DNA of 64,000 nucleotides from Chrysomallon squamiferum. Taxonomy: Eukaryota; Animalia; Mollusca. The notes under the pieces are model-generated. The model did not search any database. It was not told the DNA's origin and saw only the letters and a list, made by a program, of their open reading frames with translations. Positions 1 to 11,000 of the stretch are shown here, in pieces. The stretch covers positions 8,618,001 to 8,682,000 of the forward strand of contig CM022667.1 of NCBI GenBank assembly GCA_012295275.1, in the 5' to 3' direction. The stretch's first letter is position 1. Every line of letters starts with the position of its first letter. A program made the position numbers and the translations under genes.

Positions 1-299
1 AAAAAAAAATTTAATTCTTTTTGCTTTCTTCTGTTTTTTTCTTTCTTAAAGAATGTTTATATATGTATATTAATATTTGTAAAATGTCTGTGACTAACAT
101 TAATATATGCATTTGTTTATGAATGAAATATTTTATAAATTAAATTTAGTAAAAAGAAATAAAAACGAACAAAAAAAATCCAATAAACATTAATTAGCAT
201 CATGTCTCAATCTAAGACAAACACACACACACACATATTTCATTTAATATTAAAATTATTTTAATTTTATGTATTTATTTATTTATTTATTTATTTTAG

Positions 300-453
300 G
301 AAGAAGAAATATCGGCTGGGACTGACGGAACGTTTAAAGGAAAGCGCTGTTTTCAGTGTGCACCGAAACGAGCGCTCTTTGTACCACTGTACAAGTGTAA
401 GAAAGACCAACGCTTCCCAGCAAAAACAGCCATGGAACTGCAAGGAGCAGAAG
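300..453 (+). CDS. CYLD: CYLD deubiquitinase internal exon (C-terminal half of CAP-Gly domain 3); gene is 5'-truncated by the window
   Basis: ttttag|GAA acceptor and G|gtaaac donor. Manual translation EEEISAGTDGTFKGKRCFQCAPKRALFVPLYKCKKDQRFP resembles the CYLD CAP-Gly3 motif (human [32 protein letters not shown], from memory). Confidence 0.9.
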
Positions 454-756
454 GTAAACAGGGATATGTGTGCTACCATCAGCCCGTTTGTCAGTCCAGT
501 TTCAGTTCTCCACCATATTTGTCCCTTAAATGTGTCATTAATAACAACATGTTATTGTTTATAGAAATTAAAATTACATTATAATGAATATTTTTTTTTT
601 TTTTTTTTTTAATCACAGTGTTACGGTAAATTTCTTATTGTTTTTCACACGACAAACCAAAAAAATATAAAGCAGAAAGAAAAAGAAAACAGTATAAAAC
701 CCTTACAGAAGCAGTATTAATAAAGTGATGTTTTATTTTCATCTGTATTTTTATAG

Positions 757-1015
757 CATTTGGTACAAAACCAACTCCAGTTATCAAAGGCTCAGTTTGT
801 CCTGCGACTTGTCTTGATGTTCAAATGATAGGAAAGAACAAAGGGATTCAGGGACATCACAACTCCTGTTACTTGGACGCCACTCTCTTTGCTATGTACG
901 CTTTCACTACTGTGTTTGACAATATTCTACACAGACCGAGGAAGCCGGGTGATTTGAAAGAGTATGACGAAGTGCAGAGAGTTCTCAAAGATATGATTGT
1001 TAATCCACTGCGAAA
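757..1015 (+). CDS. CYLD: CYLD exon, USP catalytic Cys box
   Basis: tttatag|CA acceptor, AA|gtgagt donor. Encodes AFGTKPTP...MIGKNKGIQGHHNSCYLDATLF...DMIVNPLRK, matching the CYLD GIQGHYNSCYLD signature. Confidence 0.96.
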
Positions 1016-1976
1016 GTGAGTGTTCACTGCTGTTAATACGCTACAAGAACTAGTGTCACTTTAGAGATATGATTGTTAATCCACTGCGAAAGTGAGTGTT
1101 CACTGCTGTTAATACTCTACAAGAACTAGTGTCACTTTAGAGATATGATTGTTAATCCACTGCGAAAGTGAGTGTTCACTGCTGTTAGTACTCTACAAGA
1201 ACTAGTGTCACTTTAGAGATATGATTGTTAATCCACTGCGAAAGTGAGTGTTCACTGCTGTTAGTACTCTACAAGAACTAGTGTCACTTTAGAGATATGA
1301 TTGTTAACCCACTGCGAAAGTGAGTGTTCACTGCTGTTAATACTCTACAAGAACTAGTGTCACTTTAGAGATATGATTGTTAACCCACTGCGAAAGTGAG
1401 TGTTCACTGCTGTTAATACTCAACAAGAACTAGTGTCACTTTAGAGATATGATTGTTAACCCACTGCGAAAGTGAGTGTTCACTGCTGTTAGTACGCTAC
1501 AAGAACTAGTGTCACTTTAGAGATATGATTGTTAATCCACTGCGAAAGTGAGTGTTCACTGCTGTTAGTACTCTACAAGAACTAGTGTCACTTTAGAGAT
1601 ATGATTGTTAACCCACTGCGAAAGTGAGTGTTCACTGCTGTTAGTACTCTACAAGAACTAGTGTCACTTTAGAGATATGATTGTTAACCCACTGCGAAAG
1701 TGAGTGTTCACTGCTGTTAGTACTCTACAAGAACTAGTGTCACTTTAGAGATATGATTGTTAATCCACTGCGAAAGTGAGTGTTCACTGCTGTTAATACG
1801 CTACAAGAACTAGTGTCACTTTAGAGATATGATTGTTAACCCACTGCGAAAGTGAGTGTTCACTGCTGTTAGTACTCTACAACAACTAGTGTCACTTTAG
1901 AGATATGATTGTTAACCCACTGCGAAAGTGAGTGTTCACTGCTGTTAATACTCTACAAGAACTAGTGTCACTTTAG
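989..1976 (+). repeat. 13 x 76-bp near-perfect tandem repeat spanning a CYLD exon/intron junction
   Basis: Unit AGATATGATTGTTAAYCCACTGCGAAAGTGAGTGTTCACTGCTGTTARTACKCTACAAGAACTAGTGTCACTTTAG starts at 989, 1065, 1141 ... 1901. Confidence 0.98.
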
Positions 1977-1987
1977 AGAGACAGTTA

Positions 1988-2420
1988 TAATACTAATCCT
2001 GCAAGAGAGTTGTACATAGTATTAATCCAGTGAGAGCATTAGTGATATTATTGATCCAGTGAGTTAGTGATAAGTGATAGTATTAATCCAGTTAGAGCGT
2101 TAATGATGGTATTAATCCAGTGAGTGTTAGTGACAGTATTAATCCAGTGAGTGTTAGTGACAGTATTAATCCAGTGAGTGTTAGTGACAGTATTAATCCA
2201 GTGAGAGTTAGTGACAGTATTAATCCAGTGAGAGTTAGTGATAGTATTAACCCAATGAGTTAGTGATAGTATTAATCCAGTATCTTAGTTAGTCATAGTA
2301 TTAATCAATGAGAGAATTAGTGATAGTATTAACCCAGTGAGAGAGTTAGTGATAGTATTAATTCAGTGAAAGAGTTAATGACAGTATTAATCCAGTGAGA
2401 GAGTTATTAAATTAATCTAG
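1988..2420 (+). repeat. Degenerate ~27-bp minisatellite, roughly 15 copies
   Basis: Consensus AGTATTAATCCAGTGAGWGTTAGTGAY; period 27 between copies at 2109 and 2136. Confidence 0.9.
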
Positions 2421-2475
2421 TGAAAGTATATGAATGTTTTATTTACATTATTTAGTCATTGTGTTTATTTTCCAG

Positions 2476-2567
2476 GTATAATTATGTTAGAGCTGACATG
2501 GTGATGAAATTGCGAGAACTTCTTGACAAACATGGACAGATTCCAGGAATGATGAGTGAAGAAAAAG
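2476..2567 (+). CDS. CYLD: CYLD exon (USP domain)
   Basis: tttccag|G, phase 2 matches the previous exon. Encodes YNYVRADMVMKLRELLDKHGQIPGMMSEEK; G|gtaaag donor. Confidence 0.95.
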
Positions 2568-2850
2568 GTAAAGTATTATATTTCATTTATCATCATCATT
2601 ATTATTATTATTATCATTATTATCATTATTATTGTTGTTGTTGTTGTTGTTGTTATTCTTAATTCCGTTTTGAATGTAGCCACAGTTTTAACTGAATTGT
2701 AAAAAGTTGTTTATAAATATTGTTTTATACAGTATTTAATTTCTGTTTTAACATTTTATATACATCTGTTTTCTGATAAGTATGTTGTTGTTTTTTATAT
2801 TATTATTTATTTATTTATTTATTTATTTATTATTCTTGGGTTTTTTTCAG

Positions 2851-2917
2851 ATCCAGAAGAATTTCTTCATCTGCTGTTGACTCAGATTATGAAAGCAGAT
2901 CCTCTATTATGTTTCAG
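2851..2917 (+). CDS. CYLD: CYLD exon (USP domain)
   Basis: tttttcag|AT. Encodes DPEEFLHLLLTQIMKADPLLCF, completing the EEKDPEEFL motif; AG|gttagt donor. Confidence 0.95.
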
Positions 2918-2987
2918 GTTAGTTTGTCAACAAATCTCTGTTGATTGCAACAACATGGCAAGTCACACTTGTGCTAGCCTGTTGTGA

Positions 2988-2990
<3 letters not shown>

Positions 2991-3039
<49 letters not shown>
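2991..3039. repeat. (TG)n microsatellite
   Basis: Direct reading. Confidence 0.95.
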
Positions 3040-3040
<1 letters not shown>

Positions 3041-3111
3041 TTTAATGGTGTTTTATTGTGCAAATGAATCTAGTTCAGTATTTAATTGTACTGTTTTGTT
3101 TCCTCTTTCAG

Positions 3112-3232
3112 TTCAGGAGAAGACACCAATCTGTATCAGTTGTTTATAGAAAAAGACGAAATGTTGTTGTTGCCTACCACTCAGAGACTGGTTGAGTTGT
3201 CGTTCAAGGAATGTAACGTCAAGCTGAAAGAG
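3112..3232 (+). CDS. CYLD: CYLD exon (USP domain)
   Basis: ctctttcag|T. Encodes SGEDTNLYQLFIEKDEMLLLPTTQRLVELSFKECNVKLKE; GAG|gtctgt donor; phases consistent on both sides. Confidence 0.92.
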
Positions 3233-4140
3233 GTCTGTTCAAGTGAAAACAGTCTGTAGTGTGTCTGTAGTGTGTCTGGATCAGTGGTTAGACAACAGGC
3301 CCAAAATGATAAATAACAAAATCAGTCGTTTTCAGAGCTTTTTTTCCCATTCTGACCTGTTATTCTAAGTGAACGTGTTATTTCCTCTTCCAGCTCTGCT
3401 TTTTCATCAAATGCCTTAGAATATGGTTTCCTGTCTGTTTCCTAAGTAATTGTTACAGGCCACTCCATATTTATTTATTTTTTTAAATTAAATTAAACAG
3501 AAGCTTTGTTAAACAAATTTTTATTCATTTTATAACAATATACGTTGTTACTTTTTTTTACCTCATTTAGAATTGTTTTCAAAACTGATACATTATCTCC
3601 CTTCGATTAAATACATTTTCTTTTAAATCATTAACTTCTCTAAATCTTTAATTTTACTGTTAAATAAACAGGTAAAGGTATAAATTATTTTTATAATCAA
3701 ATTTCTCTCATCAATTTTTTATTTTTTTTTAAATTACTAGTTCATTCACTCTCTCCTAGATCACAATATATTATCTGTTGATTAAAAATCATTCAAGAAT
3801 TTGAACAGAAAATTAATATGAAGCATGTAATGTCTTCTTTTTGACAGGAGATAATCTTTATATGTGAATCATCTCTTGTAAACAAAGACTAGTAATTTCA
3901 AAACTGAGCCACAAAAAAATGTATAAATATTTTAATATTTTTTAATTAAATTTAATTTGAAATAACTGTCTGTACTACATGAATACAGTTATGCTAAACA
4001 AAGTATAAAACTGATTGAAATTTAAAGTTTGTATGAAAATATGTTTTCTGTTGAAATATATTTTTTATTTTTTGTATAAATCATTCAAGTGTTGTTATGT
4101 AAATATTTTAATATTGCTGTATTTTTAAATTTTGTTCTAG

Positions 4141-4249
4141 GTACCTAACTGTTTGATTATACAGATGCCTAGGTTTGGCAAAGAATATAAAATGTTTCGA
4201 AGAATTATCCCCAGCTTAGAATTAGATATCACTGATTTACTAGAAGAAG
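4141..4249 (+). CDS. CYLD: CYLD exon (USP domain)
   Basis: ttgttctag|GTA. Encodes [36 protein letters not shown] ([14 protein letters not shown] signature); G|gtaccc donor. Confidence 0.96.
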
Positions 4250-4253
4250 GTAC

Positions 4254-4408
4254 CCACACACACACACATACACACAAACATTCACAGATACACACATACT
4301 TACACATACAAATACTGACAGACACATATTACATACACACAGACACATACACATATGCACCTAGAGACACACACATGCACACACATGCACACAACACAGG
4401 AGACCCAG

Positions 4409-4442
<34 letters not shown>

Positions 4443-4552
4443 CACATGGAAGGACACACTGTACACACAACACTCACTCAGACACACAGACAGAGACACA
4501 ATCACAGACACACCTAGAGACATACACACACACAACACACACAAACATAGAA

Positions 4553-4583
<31 letters not shown>

Positions 4584-4590
4584 GAGATAC
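4254..4590. repeat. Compound, degenerate (CA)n-rich tract
   Basis: Direct reading; source of the His/Thr and Cys/Val pseudo-ORFs. Confidence 0.9.
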
Positions 4591-4719
4591 ACTCATAATT
4601 TATCCTTCATGTGACAATAGATAAATTTCTATATTTTTGTCACTGACCAAAATAATGTTTAGTGCTGGAAACGATGTTAACTTCAATAAATTACTTTCTT
4701 AATTATTGTTTTTTGCTAG

Positions 4720-4835
4720 GAATAAGAGAGTGTATCATATGTGGAGGTTTAGCCACTATGGAATGTACTAACTGTTATGAGCTACATGGTCCTGGTTTAA
4801 ATTGTACAGCCTTTTGTGACAACTGTAACACTATT
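4720..4835 (+). CDS. CYLD: CYLD exon, B-box zinc-binding insertion (end given at the first of seven possible donors)
   Basis: tttgctag|GA. Encodes GIRECIICGGLATMECTNCYELHGPGLNCTAFCDNCNTI; ATT|gtaagt donor, phase 0. Confidence 0.92.
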
Positions 4836-5060
4836 GTAAGTACAGCCTTTTGTGACAACTGTAATGATATTGTAAGTACAGCCTTTTGTGACAACTGTAA
4901 CACTATTGTAAGTACAGCCTTTTGTGACAACTGTAACGATATTGTAAGTACAGCCTTTTGTGACAACTGTAACACTATTGTAAGTACAGCCTTTTGTGAC
5001 AACTGTAACGATATTGTAAGTACAGCCTTTTTTGACAACTGTAACGATATTGTAAGTACA
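4804..5060 (+). repeat. 7 x 36-bp tandem repeat spanning the B-box exon/intron junction of CYLD
   Basis: Unit GTACAGCCTTTTGTGACAACTGTAAC(ACT/GAT)ATTGTAA; translates in the exon frame as STAFCDNCN(T/D)IV with T/D alternation. Confidence 0.98.
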
Positions 5061-5216
5061 CACCATCGCATTTGTGATCATTCCATTTATTATTTTATTT
5101 TTTTGTTTGTCACATATTTGTAACTCTTGAAATACTAAATATTTATAAAAAAATAAAAATAAAACTGAATATTTATGAATATTTATTTAAAACTTGAAAT
5201 TTTTTACTTTTCTTAG

Positions 5217-5454
5217 AGTCACCGGCACGCAAGTCGCAAACACCATCAGCCTCGGCCGATCAGAACGTGCCGTGAGTTCCAGGAGCAGTGGGAACGAAAG
5301 AGGAGCAAGGACGCAGACATCAGCGTCTACAGAGAGAAGATGGAACTGTTCGCTGTGCTGTGCATCCAGACCAGCCACTACGTGTCCTTCGTCAAGTGTG
5401 GGACGGGCTCGTCTGCTCCCTGGGTCTTCTTCGACTCCATGGCTGACCGCAAGG
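5217..5454 (+). CDS. CYLD: CYLD exon, end of B-box plus catalytic His/Asp box
   Basis: ttttcttag|AGT. Encodes [10 protein letters not shown]...[21 protein letters not shown]...[11 protein letters not shown] (CYLD TSHY and FFDSMADR motifs); G|gtaacg donor. Confidence 0.96.
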
Positions 5455-6059
5455 GTAACGTTGTTTGTTAAAGTTTAACGTATCAGAAGAAAAAAAAATA
5501 TATATATATTTGTGAACTGTACAAGGTTTCTTTGTGATTCTAATGTTCAGCTCTCAGTCTGTGTCGTGACTGAATGGATGTTTGTGTGATAACTTGAGTT
5601 TAGAACTTCTGTGGTTAATATGTTGTTTTGGTTTTATGCTCCAGAACCGTAATTTCATCTTTTTGGGGTTTTTTTTGTCATTTCATTTCTTTTTATTTTT
5701 ATTTCATTTAGTTATTTTTATTTGTCATTTGGTTGATGTAATCTGTAATAGATTGAATCTGTGTTTACTTAAAATATAAGAAACATTTTTGTCCTTTGTA
5801 TTAAATTACAGGTTGTTTATTTTGATTATTATTTCATAAGTACCTTATTGTTTAAATAAATAAATAAAACTTCAACATTTAATATTAAGAAAATTAAAAA
5901 AACAAATTCTGGTTTTTAAGTTTTAATCTTTTTTTTTTAAATTTACAAGTGAAAATCAATACAATTTTATAATATTACTAAATCATTTTTAAAATCATAA
6001 ATTTTGTTTACCTTAATTTTAACTTTTTTTTTGTGTGTGTGTGTGTGTTTAATTAACAG

Positions 6060-6250
6060 GTGAACAGTCTGGATACAACATACCTGAGGTCTCTGAGGTC
6101 AAGGACGTTTCAGAATGGTTATCACCGAATTCCTTAGAACGGATAATAAAAATTGAAAATGATAAAGACCTTCCTATTCAGATACGTCGTCTTCTTTGTG
6201 ACGCTTATATGTGTTTGTATCAAAGTCCTAGTGTATCCATGTTTAAATAG
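6060..6250 (+). CDS. CYLD: CYLD terminal coding exon
   Basis: aattaacag|GT. Encodes GEQSGYNIPEV...RRLLCDAYMCLYQSPSVSMFK then TAG at 6248-6250, matching the CYLD C-terminus (RRLLCDAYMCMYQS). Confidence 0.96.
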
Positions 6251-6344
6251 AGTTCTTTATAAAGTGTTAATTTAATGGATCAAAGATGTAGTCTAAATAT
6301 ATTCCGAATACTTACTAGTTACGTTTTACTTTATTATATATTCT

Positions 6345-6353
6345 TATTATTAT

Positions 6354-6384
<31 letters not shown>

Positions 6385-6406
6385 GTTCTTCTTCTTCTTC
6401 TTCTTC

Positions 6407-6438
<32 letters not shown>

Positions 6439-6590
6439 ATTATATTTTTTTTATTATAATTGTATTTTTTTGTTATTATTCATTTATTTTATATTATTAT
6501 ATTTTTATTATTTTATCATGTTTTATTATTATATTTATTAACTTTTTGTTATTATTATTATTATTATCATTGTTATTATTATTATTGACT
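6345..6590. repeat. (ATT)n/(CTT)n compound microsatellite in the CYLD 3' UTR
   Basis: Direct reading. Confidence 0.85.
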
Positions 6591-6899
6591 GCCAGACTTG
6601 ATTAACAATGAAAGATGACAACAAAAGAATACAGGATCAAAAATACCTGTCACCTACCTTATTCATATAATAACTTGGAAGTACAAAGAATGTTTCAAAA
6701 TTCATTTGTACCTCCACCTGTACACTGTGACAAAATCTCCTTTGTGATACCCATGTAAGTTCTTTACAATATGAAGACAAAAGATGTCCCTTTACTACAT
6801 GAATGAATATTTATATTCCTGTTCAGTGTTGTTACTTTTCCTGTACTCACTGTAATATATTATTGTATATATAATTGTGTTATATAACAAAAATTTTGT

Positions 6900-6985
6900 A
6901 ATAAAAAAATAATAACAGACTTTTTATTTGGGTTGTGTACTGAAATAAATGTATTATGTTTATTGATAAAAATAAACCTAATAAA
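6900..6985 (+). terminator. Candidate CYLD polyadenylation signal cluster
   Basis: AATAAA at 6900, 6944, 6971 and 6980, followed by a GT-rich tract from 7010. AATAAA is common by chance in DNA this AT-rich. Confidence 0.4.
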
Positions 6986-7007
6986 AAAAATGTTAAACAA
7001 TAGTTTA

Positions 7008-7050
<43 letters not shown>

Positions 7051-7769
7051 TTGTGATTGTGTGTGATTGTGTGTGATTGTTGTCTTTTTCCTGTTGGGTA
7101 TATTTTAAATGACTGAAATATTTTGGTCAAATGAATGTTTAAAGTTAAATAGAATTGAGATGATTTCAGTATCTAAATTGATATCGTATCAAGTATTTTT
7201 AGAACAAGGATGCCATCCCTTCTGTTACAAATTTCTACTGTAGATAATGGGTTCTACCACAAAATGAATAAATATTTGTTGAATAAAGGACATTTTTGCC
7301 AGTCATATCCTGTTGAATTCCAAAGAGAGTGGAATGTCTTATTTGCAGTTTTGTGTTCTGGCAGTTCCAAGTTGTTATTAAACAAACCCAGAAAAGAAAT
7401 TTTGATACCAGCCTCATTAGACTTTATAGAAAATAACATCCAACTGTTTTAAAGCAAACACCTGATTACTGATTAGTTCTAAGTATTTTGCATTAACTGA
7501 CTAAATTTATTTAAAGTGTAGACATCGGATTTCATTCTTTTTATATTAACTCTTTAGTTTCAGACATGACATTTTGTTGTATAGATGTAAATACTCACAC
7601 AAATGCAAAATCTTAGATCAGTCAGACTTAAAGAGAAACTTATTAATTAAAAGACAGAGAAAATGGAGGATAAATTATGTGTCCTGATACTCTAATCAGC
7701 CAGCAATTAAATATACGTCACTGTGTTAGTCTGTGAGTGTTTGAAGCTTCAGTTTTCTTTATAAATTTT

Positions 7770-8055
7770 TGAACTATTCTATCTTCATAACCTTTTAACT
7801 ATCATGTTATCTTTTTAAACTTTAAAACATTATATATAAACTTTAAAACTTATCATTATATATAAACTTTAAAACTTTCATCATATATAGTTTTAAACTG
7901 TCAAGTTTTCTACATACTTTTAAACTATCATTATCTTTATAAACTTAAATCATCATGTTATTTTTATAAAGTTGAATCATCATGTTGTCTTCGTAACCTT
8001 TTATAGACTTTCATACTCTGAAACTGACATGAACTTTATACACTTTCAAACTATG
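7770..8055. repeat. Degenerate minisatellite (TTTTAAACTATCATGTTATC-like)
   Basis: Recurring tttaaac/atcat motifs at about 25-30 bp spacing. Confidence 0.6.
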
Positions 8056-11000
8056 AGAAACAAGTTGGTATGAATGGTATTAAACCTAACAGTAAAATAA
8101 ATGAATGTCTGATTAATGAAGCCTTCCATTATAACACAAGTTATTCTTTTTTGGAGGTATTAATCTATTTTTATAGTTTTTCATTTCAAAATGTGCTGCT
8201 GCTGTTTGAGTGGTCTTTTTATAAATGTATTCCAGTAAAACATGCAACACAGCCCTTTTAATAAATCAGTTGGAGCTCTATTGTTAGAATGGGAAAAAAG
8301 TGAGGTGCCCTGAGTAAGGCTAATCCTGTTTTTTACCAAAGACATAATAAAGATAAAAATAATTTAAAAAAAAAAGAAAAAAACTTGGGAGGCATTGATA
8401 AATGTTTTATTAATGATGAAGAAAAAAAAAATTAATAATAAAAATCATGTATAATGCATGGAAACATTCGTTTGATCTGTAAACATTTAAAAAAAAAAAA
8501 AAAGTGTTAAATTAACCAGACAACACAAAAATAAACAACCAAATTTGATCTTAACCCCCACAAAAACACAAAGCCTTTGTACAGTCTGAAATAAACTAAA
8601 CATGAAATGTACCTAGTACAACAAAAAACTCTAATGATATATATATATGTATGTGTATATATATATATATATTTACAAGAAAGCATATAAATTACATATA
8701 TATGAAGAGTATGGTACTAAAATAACAGAAATAAAATTGGAAAATTAAGGAATGCTTCAAAATAATTTTTTTATTTATTATTTAAAAAAGTAATAATAAA
8801 TCAGCAACAGTTATCATTCAACAATGGAAAAACAAAAGTAGGTTTCTGTTTTAACATAAAATAATTTATGGAATGATAAATATTTATCAGTAAAACTTGT
8901 TAACAATTTGAAAACAAAATAGCTGAAAAATCAGTGATTGAATAGCTTGCATTTAATAATCAATTGATTGTGTATATCTTTTTCGATATTACATTTGTTT
9001 ATTTGTTCATTTATTTAATTTGTTTGTTATGAATAAAGGTAACAGAAATGGTAATACAAATAAACATATCTAATAAAACTAACAATTGAATAACTTACTA
9101 TTTAGCATTTAATTTTAGTTATTATTTGTGTCATTCTAGTTTTTAAATTAAAATAAAATCATGTTTTTATCATCTGAAAACAGCATAGGAAAGCATATGC
9201 AAGAAAAACAAGGAGCAGAATGTTAAACTTTTGATACTTTGTATATGCTTACATTTTCACTGTCAATTTCTTCTTTTTAAAACTCATTACTTTATGGATT
9301 AATGTATTTAAATAAGAAACATCAAATTTATTTTTCTTGTCTCTCAGAAAAGGGTACTTAAAACCCTAAGATGTTTGATTTTCTGATATATTTTGTTAAG
9401 TTTTTATAATTATTTGAGATATTTTGCCAAGTTTAATTTGGAATTCGTTGCTTGTTTTTTTTTTTTTTTTTTTGCATATCTGAAAATTCAAACAAAAGGC
9501 ACTTAGGTTTTCAAATATCAGATATAAAATTCATTTCAGCAAGTAACAACATAACAAGTTGTATAAAACCAAATAAATCAGCAGTTTATTTTATGTTTTT
9601 ATCAAAAAAAATAATTTTCAGAATAGATTATATTTTTCATGGAAGCTCTGGAATATTCTCTGCATATAATTATTTGTCGTTTTAAAAATATAATAATAAA
9701 ATGAAAACATGGCTAAACAAAAGTAAAAGCTGTTTACAAAGGTTACACAGGTAGTTTATAAAATGGAATGCATCAATTCAGTCTTCTATTGCACTTGTTA
9801 TTGCATGAATACAAAATTATTACTATCATCAAACACCTAAAATAATAACTCAAACTTATTTCTCAAATTCTTATTTTTGTTTGTATCAGTCACCAATCAT
9901 ACAGTATAGTGCAAAAATATTAACTGAAGTCAATATATTTGTGTGAAAAAAATGCATTAAATATAAAATTATTATGTAGAATGTCAGGCTATGTTCTCTC
10001 TCTTGTAATGGAACAGACACAAATGGTGTAGGTAACTAGTTCAGGAGCATGACAATGTTTTAAAACAAAGCCCAGGAATGTTTTGTACATAATTAAACCT
10101 ACATCAGACTACAGTTAACACCATTCATTTTATTGATACACAAAGGAAAATATTTTTGTTTTCTTTTTAATTAATAAAAATAAAATAAAAACACACACTT
10201 CCCTCACAAAACATGTTTTCAACATTTAGGTAAGTAATCGTATCTCAAAATGATGACTTTTTTTATGTACATAAGTAAAACATGAATTGATTTTCTTCAT
10301 ACAAAAGCAAAATCAGAGGTTAACGGCATTAAAAATTAATTAATATTTCTGGTCAGAGGCAAGTTTGTGAACAATTTCTATACAAGACTGAAAATGAAAT
10401 AGGTTATCTCCCCTTCGACTGTGAACTATTTTACAAAGGCTGACATAATAAAAGATACATACAAGTGAAAAGATACTACTGAAAATAAAATATTTTGTTT
10501 GAAGTAAATATGTTCATTAATAAAGGTTTTCTATGCATATTTTGAAAAAAACAACAACAATAAAAACCCCAAAATCCACCATGGATATTGTAATGACCCC
10601 ACATGAAAAACAAAAATAAAATAAAAAATAACTGGGGGATGACTTTTTTTTTTTTGTTGTTATAATTTACAGGTATTTTTCTGGTTTTAGTTACACCCGT
10701 GTTAATTTCTGAGGTAGACAAAATTTTACCAGTTGAAAAATTTCTATTCCTACCTCATTTAGAAATTAAAGAAAAAATATATATATAATTTTTGAATGAA
10801 AAATAATAATTATTATTATTATTATCTCCCCTTAGACTGTCATCCTTTGGAATCTAACTTTCTTGAAATGTAGTTCTTTTGGGCATACAAATCTTTAAAC
10901 AAAAAACAAAAAAAATAATAAAATAAAAATACAAAAAGTTACTTTAAGAAACTGCATATAATTTGTTTGTTAAATTATCATTATAAAGCAAAAATGAATA

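Noticed and set aside
989-1976. 76-bp array as a CRISPR array
   Set aside because: Units are contiguous and near-identical with no unique spacers; the context is a eukaryotic intron with no cas genes.
4250-4624. His/Thr-rich and Cys/Val-rich ORFs here and at 22928-23289, 31471-31812, 32214-32590 and 38467-38787
   Set aside because: Translations of (CA)n/(TG)n microsatellites.
4836-4845. GTAAGTACAG as a micro-intron, or 26-nt microexons in the 36-bp array
   Set aside because: 10 nt is too short to splice, there is no pyrimidine tract, and 26-nt exons would shift the frame.
4662-5123. ORF as a stand-alone Cys-rich, metallothionein-like gene
   Set aside because: It is the CYLD B-box exon read through into the 36-bp repeat. 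The minus-strand ORFs at 4775-5081 are repeat artefacts.
5194-5478. 94-aa plus-strand ORF
   Set aside because: Alternative frame over the real CYLD exon 5217-5454.
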